In this document: piece by piece, positions 1-8,572 of the stretch
Numbering within the stretch: the first letter of the stretch is position 1
Layout of the letters: each line of letters starts with the position of its first letter
Source of the DNA: Nitrososphaera sp.
GTDB taxonomy: Archaea > Thermoproteota > Nitrososphaeria > Nitrososphaerales > Nitrososphaeraceae
Assembly: GCA_036519825.1 (NCBI GenBank)
Contig: DATDKS010000134.1
Span: forward strand, 1-62,249
DNA: 62,249 nt
Direction of reading: 5' to 3'
The notes under the pieces: generated by a model
The model's input: the letters and a program-made list of their open reading frames with translations, nothing else
Told to the model about the DNA's origin: nothing
Databases searched by the model: none
Program-made: the position numbers and the translations under genes

Positions 1-1
1 A

Positions 2-223
2 GCAATCAGGCCATTTACCGGCCTACCCGATTCTCCGGATAGTGCCAAAGACCTCCAGTCTAAGGTGTTTTCTATCGCAAGGGGAAACGGCATTGAGCCA
101 AAAGAGTTTTTTGCATTATTGTATAGAATGCTGCTCAATGCAGATAGGGGGCCTAGGATAGGTAATTACTTGCTCGACCTAGGAATAGACCGAGCAACAA
201 ATATGATTAAGAGATATCTATAG
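2..223 (+). CDS. lysS: 3' end of class I lysyl-tRNA synthetase (partial, window edge)
   Basis: Manual translation of frame 2 gives ...DLQSKVFSIARGNGIEPKEFFALLYRMLLNADRGPRIGNYLLDLGIDRATNMIKRYL*. The F..LY..LL...GPR pattern fits the anticodon-binding domain of class I LysRS. Not in the ORF track. Confidence 0.75.
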   Translation, partial: AIRPFTGLPDSPDSAKDLQSKVFSIARGNGIEPKEFFALLYRMLLNADRGPRIGNYLLDLGIDRATNMIKRYL

Positions 224-582
224 GTGATCAAATTTATTCGACTAGATATTTTTTCCTCGTTTGGAAATTGTGTATCAACCCTTTAGGTCCTATTCGGCAT
301 TTTTTGAATGGACAGAATGAATATAAAAGAATCAAACCCCGGGATAAATTCAACATAACTTATCCTGTTCAATTTAATATATTCCTGTCACTCACGTAAA
401 GAAATACTTCATCCCTTACCGGAATTGCATGTTGCTCATAAATTGTCCTTTGCATTCTCGTACAGATATTCTATAACGGTAAGATGCCTACAGTCACAGA
501 ACCTCTATAAAAAACCAGAAAAAAGAAAGAAAAAGGAGAGTTTATACAACTTGCCTATTTGTCTTCATCAGTTACTATTGGT

Positions 583-1338
583 CTACGCTCCGCCATCTGT
601 ATCTGTGGCATTGGTTGCACTGGTTGCATTGGTTGCGCTGGCTGCACCACCGTCTTCTCCGCCATCACCGCCACCGTCTTCTCCGCCATCACCGCCACCG
701 TCTTCTGCTGGAGTAGCAGTTACCGGTGCTGTGACATTGCTTATAGTATTCATCGTCTCTGCTCGTTGAGTCTGAGCACTTACAGCATATGATGCAGCAA
801 ATGGCGTTCCATCTGATGTGTGAAGCCAAACTGCGCTACCTGCAAATGGAACTGATGCTGATGGAGCTGGTGAATCGCCATATGTTGGAGTGATCGTAGT
901 GAGTACTAAGCTGGTTTTGTTGTCAAGAGGTGCAGTAAGCAGCGTTCCAAAGTCGCCATTAGTACCATTTATTATAGCTCGCTCCGTCTCATTGAGATTC
1001 TGCATGTCCAGAATAACGACGTCTACTGGTTCAGTAGCTGTGAAGGTTAGTACTCCTGTATAGATAGAACCATCTTGTTTTAATGGCAATATTGTTGCTC
1101 TTTGTTCCTCTTCATGGCCTGGTAGTGGATTCTGTGACGAGGTTATTGTTCCTTGGCGGACTATTCTTCCCTGTTGTCCATCTTGGGCTCCGCCTTGGGC
1201 TCCGCCTTGGTCTCCACCTGGCTGTGCGTAAGATATTGTTGCTGCTCCTCCTGTAGCTATTGCTCCCGTTAGTGATCCAACGGCAATAAATAGGGCAGTA
1301 GCAGCAATTAACTTGCGTTTGCTTTGTGCTATTGGCAT
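583..1338 (-). CDS. Secreted hypothetical protein with 'LPGHE...WLHTSDG' domain and low-complexity tails; paralog of 30920..32023
   Basis: Signal-peptide-like N-terminus from ATG 1338 (MPIAQSKRKLIAATALFIAVG...). Core is nearly colinear with the N-terminal domain of 30920..32023. The ORF track starts it at 1380. Confidence 0.75.
   Translation of the reverse strand: MPIAQSKRKLIAATALFIAVGSLTGAIATGGAATISYAQPGGDQGGAQGGAQDGQQGRIVRQGTITSSQNPLPGHEEEQRATILPLKQDGSIYTGVLTFTATEPVDVVILDMQNLNETERAIINGTNGDFGTLLTAPLDNKTSLVLTTITPTYGDSPAPSASVPFAGSAVWLHTSDGTPFAASYAVSAQTQRAETMNTISNVTAPVTATPAEDGGGDGGEDGGGDGGEDGGAASATNATSATNATDTDGGA
647..706. repeat. 24-bp tandem repeat x2.5 (encodes EDGGGDGG)
   Basis: ccaccgtcttctccgccatcaccg at 647-670 and 671-694, partial copy at 695-706. 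Confidence 0.9.
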
Positions 1339-1947
1339 TAGAACAATGAAGTCAGTATAACATTTATTGATTTTCAACATATGTTACGTTGATAATTACT
1401 GATTCTTGTCATAGAGTTTGCTTCCTCCTCAGCTCTTATATATCTCGATTGCACTGAGCCACGTCATCCATCCTAATGCAGTAAAAATTTGTCTTTGGCC
1501 CAAGTTAGTTTCATAAAGCTTCTTAATATAATAATTCTTTCCTCCCAAACTGTAGGCTGACCTTTGTTATTATATGTTCACGGATATTTCTAACTCACAC
1601 AGCTTCTCGTCGGACAATTCTGCGTGTGAAAAAGTGCATGTGAGAATAATAAAGGCAAATCACACCGAAAAGGCCAGATCTACCCTCCATGTATTTCGAA
1701 AGCACAGGATCTTATAGCTTGTTTATAGGCTCAGCAGATGCAATAGTAGATCAAAAGGCGTGGCTTGGAGGAAAGGCCTATAACAATGGCAGCACCGACC
1801 GGTTGTACCAGTGGTAGTAGTACGTAACAACAGGACTCTTGCAAGATTTAGCCCTGACAACATATAATATGGAGGGCAAGGTACCATAGTTGAAAAGACA
1901 GGTTAATTGGCAAAGGTGTTAGAGGAGCGGGAGGAGAATCTGTTTGA

Positions 1948-2907
1948 ATGATGAAGGTAATAATATTCTCGCACGAATCCGATCTTGATGGGCTCTACTC
2001 TGCTGCGATCGGACTTATGCGCTACCCTCAGGCAATGACTGTGTTTCTAGGCTACGGTGCCGAAAATTTCAGTAAGCTTGGTAACTTTATTTACTCTGCA
2101 ACTCGATACTCGTCATCGGAATGCGGACAGATAGTCATCGCAGACCTTGGGCTCAACGACGATTTGATCGAAACCTGCAGGAAGACATTTTCAGATGCAG
2201 TACTCAAGGGCTGGAAGATAATGTGGGTTGATCACCATCCTTGGTCGCAGCAGGCAATTGAGGCGGTCAAGCCCCTTGTCGAAGTTGTGCTTGATGCTTC
2301 GGGAAGAAAATGCGCAGCAGACCTAATGTATGAAACGCTTCTGCCCGGCAATACATTAGCTGCGAAACTTGCAAGCATGGCTCATACCATGGACTTTTTC
2401 ACAAGGGATCAGTACTTAACGCCAATATCTGAGCTAATTCGCTACTACCAAACGTTTCCTGACTTTTATTATAGGCTTTCAAATCTTGCAGAAAAATCTG
2501 TAAGGGGTATCCTATGGGATATAGATATGCAGATTGACTATAACAATTATGTGCATCTGCGCGATGAGGCAAAAGCGCAAGTCTTTGCTTCTTTGCAGAT
2601 AAGACAGGCTGGCAGGTTCAAAGTAGCATATGTCCAGTCGTCTCCATACCTACAGAGCAGCTTATTTTCAGAAGAAGTGTTTGCGAATACAAACGCCGAT
2701 TTAGTCATGTTCTACAGTCCCAAGGGCAAAGTAAGCATCCGACGTAACAACGAGTTGGTTTCGTGCCGAAACATCGCAGCTAACCTTCCCGAAGGGGGAG
2801 GCCATGACTACGCCGCCGGCGCAACATTCAAGAGCAACCCATCAGATACTGCTGCAGTTATTTTGGAGCTTCAGTCAGCTGTAGCCAAAGTATTGGCCGC
2901 CATGTAA
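1948..2907 (+). CDS. DHH/DHHA1 family phosphoesterase (nanoRNase/RecJ-like)
   Basis: HESDLDG, IADLG, WVDHH and C-terminal GGGHDYAAG motifs. Confidence 0.9.
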   Translation: MMKVIIFSHESDLDGLYSAAIGLMRYPQAMTVFLGYGAENFSKLGNFIYSATRYSSSECGQIVIADLGLNDDLIETCRKTFSDAVLKGWKIMWVDHHPWSQQAIEAVKPLVEVVLDASGRKCAADLMYETLLPGNTLAAKLASMAHTMDFFTRDQYLTPISELIRYYQTFPDFYYRLSNLAEKSVRGILWDIDMQIDYNNYVHLRDEAKAQVFASLQIRQAGRFKVAYVQSSPYLQSSLFSEEVFANTNADLVMFYSPKGKVSIRRNNELVSCRNIAANLPEGGGHDYAAGATFKSNPSDTAAVILELQSAVAKVLAAM

Positions 2908-2934
2908 ATACTGAAATAGTGAACACTCAAATAC

Positions 2935-2942
2935 TTTAAAAG
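2935..2942 (+). promoter_or_regulatory. Putative archaeal TATA box for the SDR gene
   Basis: TTTAAA preceded by an A-rich BRE-like stretch, ~25 nt upstream of ATG 2966 (leaderless spacing). Confidence 0.45.
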
Positions 2943-2965
2943 ATTATTCGCTGAATTAATATCAA

Positions 2966-3721
2966 ATGATAAAGGGTAAGGTCGCTATAGTGACGGGAGC
3001 AGGCGGTGGAGTTGGAAAGGCCATTTCAAAGAGTCTTTCTTCTCAAGGATGCAAGGTCATCATGCTCGGCAGAGACAGAACCAAGTTGCAAAAAGCAGCT
3101 TCTGAAATTGGTAATAAAAAGAACACAATGACAGTAATAGCCGATATTACCAAGGAAGCTGAGGTCCTCAGCGCGATCGATCAGACGATCAACTCATTTG
3201 ACAAGATAGACATCTTGGTGAATAACGCAGGCATAATAAATGATCCAGTGCCCTTTCATGAAATGACTGAGGATCAGTGGGATGACCTTGTCAAAACAAA
3301 CCTTTTTGGCATGTTTAGGATAACAAAGGCTATAATCCCCATAATGATGAAAAACGGGGGCGGCAACATCGTCAACATCTCATCGGTGCTTGGTATAAGA
3401 TCTATTCCTCGAGTGCCGCTCTCGGTGTACGCTGTAACAAAGGCCGGCGTAATAATGTTCACAAGGAGTATTGCAGTCGAATACGGACAATACAAAATTC
3501 GCTGCAACTGTGTTGCCCCTTCTACTATCCGAAGCTCAATAATCGAGCCCTATCTCCAGGATGAGGAGGCTAAAAAAGTTCTCGAATCTACTTTTCCTTT
3601 GCGTGTGATAGGTGAACCAGAGGACATATCCGGCGCAGTGGCATACCTGTGCTCTGATGACTCGAAGTGGGTCACAGGCACTGTCCTGATGGTTGATGGT
3701 GGCCTATCCGCAAAACAATAG
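2966..3721 (+). CDS. Short-chain dehydrogenase/reductase (FabG-like)
   Basis: TGAGGGVG, NNAG, catalytic S...YAVTK, VDGG. Confidence 0.92.
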   Translation: MIKGKVAIVTGAGGGVGKAISKSLSSQGCKVIMLGRDRTKLQKAASEIGNKKNTMTVIADITKEAEVLSAIDQTINSFDKIDILVNNAGIINDPVPFHEMTEDQWDDLVKTNLFGMFRITKAIIPIMMKNGGGNIVNISSVLGIRSIPRVPLSVYAVTKAGVIMFTRSIAVEYGQYKIRCNCVAPSTIRSSIIEPYLQDEEAKKVLESTFPLRVIGEPEDISGAVAYLCSDDSKWVTGTVLMVDGGLSAKQ

Positions 3722-3763
3722 CTGAAACCAATATCAGGATTGTTGTGCCACTGACTAAAGAAG

Positions 3764-4315
3764 ATGAAAGATAGATCGAAAGAAAGCATCGATGCTACAA
3801 AACATGTATCTACCCATGATGCAACGCGGACCAATCGTGCGGTAGAAAAAGCGGCTACAAACCCTGAATTTGTAAATCGTGCCTTAGCCCAGCTTGCAGG
3901 GCTTAGATTTCCGGCGTTCAAAAATAACATCATAGATCATGTCAAAAGCATCAATATTAAAGATGAAGAAGAAGATATTGTTGCACTTTTTGGAAGCCTT
4001 GATGGCTATATTCAGTATCGCGATAAGTATCATGTGCAAAAGGCATTCGAAGAAAATGTCCCCACCAAGAAAAATGATTACCAGATAACCGACAACACGC
4101 GCGAAAGCCTGGATGTTCGGACCCGCCAAACCGGTGCCGATAGTAGCATCAAAGATCGGGAGGCTGTGACTGAAAGAGAAGAGCGCAAAGATTACCCCGA
4201 GGTCACTCCAACTGCTATGTCAAATTTCACCTGCGACAAGTGCGGTAAGGAATTCCAAAATCAACAAGATCTCGTGCATCACAGGGAGTTTGAAAGCGGC
4301 ACTTCTGCAACATAG
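3764..4315 (+). CDS. Hypothetical protein with DUF2795-like segment and C-terminal C2H2-like zinc finger
   Basis: LAGLRFPAFKNNII resembles DUF2795; FTCDKCGKEFQNQQDLVHH. Confidence 0.65.
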   Translation: MKDRSKESIDATKHVSTHDATRTNRAVEKAATNPEFVNRALAQLAGLRFPAFKNNIIDHVKSINIKDEEEDIVALFGSLDGYIQYRDKYHVQKAFEENVPTKKNDYQITDNTRESLDVRTRQTGADSSIKDREAVTEREERKDYPEVTPTAMSNFTCDKCGKEFQNQQDLVHHREFESGTSAT

Positions 4316-4400
4316 GGAATAGGAAAATTATATCCTGCTGATATTTTCATATTTCCTTATTAACCCTTAATACCTCGATGTCCTGATAATATGATCCAAC

Positions 4401-4745
4401 ATGAAGAGGCTGGACATCTTGATTCCACACGAACGCCTTACAGATGTCAACGAACTACTGCACAAGCACAAGGTAGGTGGTATGTCATTCTATGAAATCA
4501 AAGGAAGGGGTAGGGCAAAAAGGGAGCCCGTTTCAGTTGGACGAGGGGTCATGCGATACACTCCCGAGTTTGGCTTTCGCACTAAAATTGAAGTGCTAGT
4601 GCCTGATGCCACAGCCCGGGAAATTATTGATGATGTGCTCAAAGTTATAAGCACTGGTTCTGCATCTGATGGCAAGGTATTTGTTTACGATGTTGCCGAA
4701 GCGTATGATATAGGAAGCAAGGAAAAAGGCGACAGCGCCCTTTAA
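4401..4745 (+). CDS. glnB: P-II family nitrogen regulatory protein
   Basis: 114 aa; KGRGR, T-loop GRGVMRYTPEF, KIEV, DGKVFV. Confidence 0.9.
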   Translation: MKRLDILIPHERLTDVNELLHKHKVGGMSFYEIKGRGRAKREPVSVGRGVMRYTPEFGFRTKIEVLVPDATAREIIDDVLKVISTGSASDGKVFVYDVAEAYDIGSKEKGDSAL

Positions 4746-5185
4746 CAATCTTCTTGCCGAGCTTTTGATTTCATCTTTGAAATTATATTTTGAACATCTA
4801 TCTCCTAATGAAAGAAAATCATTCTTGCTAATGCTGAAATTGTTAGAGAGGAGGAGAAGGGGGACATAGGAGGAAGTGAGTGGAGAAAAGAGCAAGAGCG
4901 TGTGTGTGTGCACGCCATCATTTATTAGCGCCAACGCTCTGGCTAAACCAGTAACCTAGTCTGTTCTTCATTCTACTCGACTGGTGGAGTACATATCTCT
5001 CTGAGCGGCTGAAAGCCTAATAAAATAGACACACAAAATCTTTTTTTACATTTCACTGATCCCTTGCTCGCTGGGTGTCCCTTTGCAATACCATAACAAC
5101 ATACATACCGTTCTTGTTGGCATGTTGTGAAAATATTAGCGTCCTTCTGAGAAAGAGTTATAATCTTGCAGAACCATATTCCAAT

Positions 5186-5311
5186 ATGGAAGAAAAAAGA
5201 ACCATGCCGATTTGTTTTACTTCTGAGCAGCTAAAGATGATAGAAGAATATGCAAAGAGAAGAGGCATGTTAAGCATAAGTCAGGCTATCGAGGATCTAA
5301 TAGCAAAATAA
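5186..5311 (+). CDS. Small (41 aa) ribbon-helix-helix/CopG-like protein
   Basis: MEEKRTMPICFTSEQLKMIEEYAKRRGMLSISQAIEDLIAK: beta strand, helix, G-x-S, helix. ATG 5186 lies ~25 nt after TTATAA. Confidence 0.6.
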   Translation: MEEKRTMPICFTSEQLKMIEEYAKRRGMLSISQAIEDLIAK

Positions 5312-5332
5312 GAAAATTAAATTTTAGCAGTC

Positions 5333-5677
5333 CTATAGCGCGCCTTCCCCTCGCTGTTTTGATCCGATATCGATGACTTCGTCCACATCTGAGACGAATA
5401 TCTTACCTTCGCCAGCAAGTCCTGAACTCGTGCTGTCCAAGATCTTTGAAACTACGTTGTCAGACATTGAGTCCTTGGTAACGACAACAATTGTTGCGTT
5501 CACATTAAATTCCGGACGGTAAGTGCTTGTGCCTCTTCCTGAGTGAATTTCTGGGCGGGGTATCTGTCCGCGCCCTCTTGAATCATAGTATGTGAAACCT
5601 CCTAAACCCAATTCCCCCAGCGCCGCAAAAGCACTTTCTAGTCTTGCAGCAGGAACGACTGCTTCAATCTTCTTCAA
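5333..5677 (-). CDS. glnB: P-II family nitrogen regulatory protein (second copy)
   Basis: MKKIEAVV, RGRG, GRGTSTYRPEF, GEGKIFV; TTG start. Confidence 0.9.
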   Translation of the reverse strand: MKKIEAVVPAARLESAFAALGELGLGGFTYYDSRGRGQIPRPEIHSGRGTSTYRPEFNVNATIVVVTKDSMSDNVVSKILDSTSSGLAGEGKIFVSDVDEVIDIGSKQRGEGAL

Positions 5678-5823
5678 GATATCTAAACCCTTCTGGAGCT
5701 AGGCAGCGCTTTTATTAAAGCATTTTGAATTTATGTTAAAACTCTAGAAATTGTATATTATTTTTTAAACTAAAGATTTCTAGTTAATCAAAAAAGAAGA
5801 AGAGAGGGAGGTGGTGGAGGAGG

Positions 5824-7530
5824 TCACTTCACGCTGACCGTTCCAACCATGTTTGGATGCAGTGCACAATAGTATGGAAATTCTCCTGCTGTCGTGAATG
5901 TGTGTTCAAATGTCGCTCCTGGAGCAATGAGTGGGTTAAAGTTTGGTGAAGAATCAAACTCGCCACTTGGCTGTGCGTTTGCGCCTGATACAACAGTGTG
6001 TGGTTGTGTGTCATCATTTGTCCATGTTACTGTGCTGCCGACGCTGATTTCAACAGGATTTGGTGAAAATGCAGTGTCAGTCAGGGATGAAGAGCCAGGA
6101 ACTATGGAAACGCTGGTAGCAGTACCTCCACCACCATTAGCGCCTGTCCCTGTACTGTTGCTGGCACCTGTTGTTGCAAGGCTTTCAGCACCTGTTGTTG
6201 CGTTCAATGTTTCGTTAGAAAGCTGTGTAAGACCTGCTTCAGCACCTGTTGTTGCATTAGTGCCTGCTGTCTCTGTATCTGTTACATTAGTGGTTACAGC
6301 ACTTCTTGTTTCATTAGTGCCTGTTGCATTAACCACAGACAAGGTTTGGTTCTGTGCACCAACTGCTGTTGCAGCCTCTGTTGCATTGGTTGCGGGGCCA
6401 GTTGTTGCGTTCCCTGCGGTTGCGTTTGCTGCCATTGGTGGGCCGCTTACCATGTCGCTTCCTTTCGGAGGCACCATTGTCCCTGCTGGATGATCGTCTG
6501 GAGTCGAATCTGGGGTTGCTAGGACAGCAAATGCTCCGCCTTTGAGCACGTTATTCATTGCGTGATCAACACCGACATAGATGCCCTCATCTGGGAATAC
6601 AGCTTCGATTACACTACCAGATCCAACTGGTACCCACCATGTCTCGTCATTCAATACCTGTGTGCCGTATCTGTTCTGTACTGAGCCGTCATGGACACTG
6701 AGTTGGCCTGATATGAAGTGGAACGACACTCCCTGATTTGGACCAGCTGCGAATATGTACCATCTTGTCAGCTCACCAGGCTTGACTTGGAACACTTCGG
6801 CGTTAGGGTTCAAGTCGATCTTCGCATATGATCCTATAGCTGGTACATACTTGTGAGCCATGCCATTAGTCATTACGATGTCTGGATTTCCTGCAAGGAA
6901 CTTGCCCACATCAAACGACCCTGTGCCATTTGCTGGTGTAAATAGGCCTTGGACACTGTTGCTGTAGATTTCGCCAAAGACCACATAGAACTCCTTAGCT
7001 GGGCGTTCGTTCTGCGGATGCACTACAACTCCACCATACATTCCGTTTGCAATGTGCTCCCATACGCCGTTGAGGCCATCAGCGCCACAATGATAGTAGA
7101 ATGCACCTGCATTTTTCGCCGTCCATCTCCAGGTTACACTTTCGCCAGGCTGAACATTAGATCCATGTTCACTAGCATTGGAACCAACCGCTTGTGTTGT
7201 ACCATCACCTGCATGGAAGTCCATACTGTGTATGACTTGACCTTGGTTTATTAGAGTGAATTCAACTGTATCACCTTGGTCGACAGATACTACGGGTCCT
7301 GGAATGGTTCCGTTAAAAACCATTGCTTTATACATTACACCTCCTGGGTGTAAAGCATTGTCTGGAGCTACCGGCACCTCAACTTCACTTGCAATCATAG
7401 TTACTTTCTTTGTTTTGCCTGCGGGGGGGGTGTCCTGCGCCTCTGCGCTGAAAAGGCTAGGCAGGGGACTTAATATGAGCCCTGCCAGCAGAATACCTGC
7501 AGCAATACCTATCATAACGGGTTTGTTCAT
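5824..7530 (-). CDS. nirK: Copper-containing nitrite reductase (AOA-type) with C-terminal plastocyanin/amicyanin-like domain
   Basis: Signal peptide. HSMDFH, YYHCG, EHIANGMYG, SFHFIS and VDH supply the T1/T2 Cu ligands and catalytic Asp/His. C-terminal QPHTV...YYCALHPNM is a type-1 Cu site. Start taken as ATG 7530 (ORF track 7551). Confidence 0.9.
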   Translation of the reverse strand: MNKPVMIGIAAGILLAGLILSPLPSLFSAEAQDTPPAGKTKKVTMIASEVEVPVAPDNALHPGGVMYKAMVFNGTIPGPVVSVDQGDTVEFTLINQGQVIHSMDFHAGDGTTQAVGSNASEHGSNVQPGESVTWRWTAKNAGAFYYHCGADGLNGVWEHIANGMYGGVVVHPQNERPAKEFYVVFGEIYSNSVQGLFTPANGTGSFDVGKFLAGNPDIVMTNGMAHKYVPAIGSYAKIDLNPNAEVFQVKPGELTRWYIFAAGPNQGVSFHFISGQLSVHDGSVQNRYGTQVLNDETWWVPVGSGSVIEAVFPDEGIYVGVDHAMNNVLKGGAFAVLATPDSTPDDHPAGTMVPPKGSDMVSGPPMAANATAGNATTGPATNATEAATAVGAQNQTLSVVNATGTNETRSAVTTNVTDTETAGTNATTGAEAGLTQLSNETLNATTGAESLATTGASNSTGTGANGGGGTATSVSIVPGSSSLTDTAFSPNPVEISVGSTVTWTNDDTQPHTVVSGANAQPSGEFDSSPNFNPLIAPGATFEHTFTTAGEFPYYCALHPNMVGTVSVK

Positions 7531-7712
7531 TGTAGCCAAGAGAACTGTCACTGATTAAAAAATTTTTGCTTTTCTCATTTGCATTTCCTCGTATGCGCTA
7601 TTCATTATTATATTGTAGAAGATTTATTTTTATACTGCAATACCAAACATGCAACAGTTATAGTCATTAGCATATACATTTTTGTATGCGTTAAGGCATG
7701 TAATAATTCTGC

Positions 7713-8150
7713 TTGCACATCTTCGGAAAAAAGCAAGTCGTTCATTGCGCTGTATGCGGCAAAGAGCTTGGCCGTCACAAGTATAAGCCTAGCGAAGAAT
7801 GGGGTATTGAAGGCAGGCTCTGCGGCAGCTGCCATTTAGAAAAGACAAAAGCCTTCATCCTTGAGCAAAAAGAAATCCCTGATATGTGTGCCATTTGCAA
7901 AAAAGAGCTCTCTGACGAAGATCGAAACAAGCCAAAATGGCAGTGGGAAATGGAGTCCGGTACACTTTTGTGCAGATCCTGCTATCAAAAAAAGGATGCA
8001 GACTATAATAAAAAATTGAACTTTTGCGCGATCTGCAACTCCAAGCTAGGACCGTTTTTTTACCACCCCAAGCCCGCCTGGCAGATAGAAGGCAACCTCT
8101 GCAGGAAGTGCTGGGATCGACGAAACAACAACAATAACAACGAGAGCTAA
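7713..8150 (+). CDS. Protein with three tandem CxxC...W..EG.LCxxC zinc-finger repeats
   Basis: Six CxxC motifs in three ~30-aa repeats. Confidence 0.75.
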   Translation: MHIFGKKQVVHCAVCGKELGRHKYKPSEEWGIEGRLCGSCHLEKTKAFILEQKEIPDMCAICKKELSDEDRNKPKWQWEMESGTLLCRSCYQKKDADYNKKLNFCAICNSKLGPFFYHPKPAWQIEGNLCRKCWDRRNNNNNNES

Positions 8151-8151
8151 A

Positions 8152-8349
8152 GTGATGTACATGTTTGAAAGGCACAAGTGTGACAAGTGTGGGGGCAAGT
8201 TCCGGAAGATCGAAGATTTGATGCAGCACCAACAGCTAACTCACGAGGCGGATATGTACATGTGCAATCAATGCAACTTAAGCTTTGAAGGAATGGAGCA
8301 GATGCGTGATCACGCCAAAAAGTTTCATTCGTATCACAAGAAGAAGTGA
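8152..8349 (+). CDS. Two-C2H2 zinc finger protein
   Basis: CDKC...F...L..H...H and CNQC...F...M..H...H. Confidence 0.8.
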   Translation: MMYMFERHKCDKCGGKFRKIEDLMQHQQLTHEADMYMCNQCNLSFEGMEQMRDHAKKFHSYHKKK

Positions 8350-8363
8350 ATTAGAAAAAAGAA

Positions 8364-8531
8364 CTAGACAGCTTTAAGCTGCTTTACTATCGGCGGTCTG
8401 GCTTTTCGAAATACTCGAAAGCCACATATACATTTTATCTCTGGCAGCCTAGAAAGCTCTTCGACCGTCACTCGTGTTCCGCAACGCATGCATTCATATG
8501 CTACAGAGCTGTCTGCACCTGAACTCTCCAT
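8364..8531 (-). CDS. rpoP: DNA-directed RNA polymerase subunit Rpo12 (P)
   Basis: Manual translation MESSGADSSVAYECMRCGTRVTVEELSRLPEIKCICGFRVFRKARPPIVKQLKAV* (55 aa; below the ORF track cutoff). Y.C..CG...C..CG.R.F.K.R motif. Confidence 0.9.
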   Translation of the reverse strand: MESSGADSSVAYECMRCGTRVTVEELSRLPEIKCICGFRVFRKARPPIVKQLKAV

Positions 8532-8572
8532 GCTTTCTCTCTGCCTTTTAGCCTCAAGCCCCCCATTTTAAG

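Noticed and set aside
600..710. Tandem repeats as a possible CRISPR array
   Set aside because: No spacers; they are in-frame coding repeats and no cas genes are present.
4975..5020. Small hairpins (actc...gagt; ggct-gaa-agcc) between the P-II genes suggesting a structured RNA
   Set aside because: Stems are only 4 bp and match no riboswitch or ribozyme consensus I can support.
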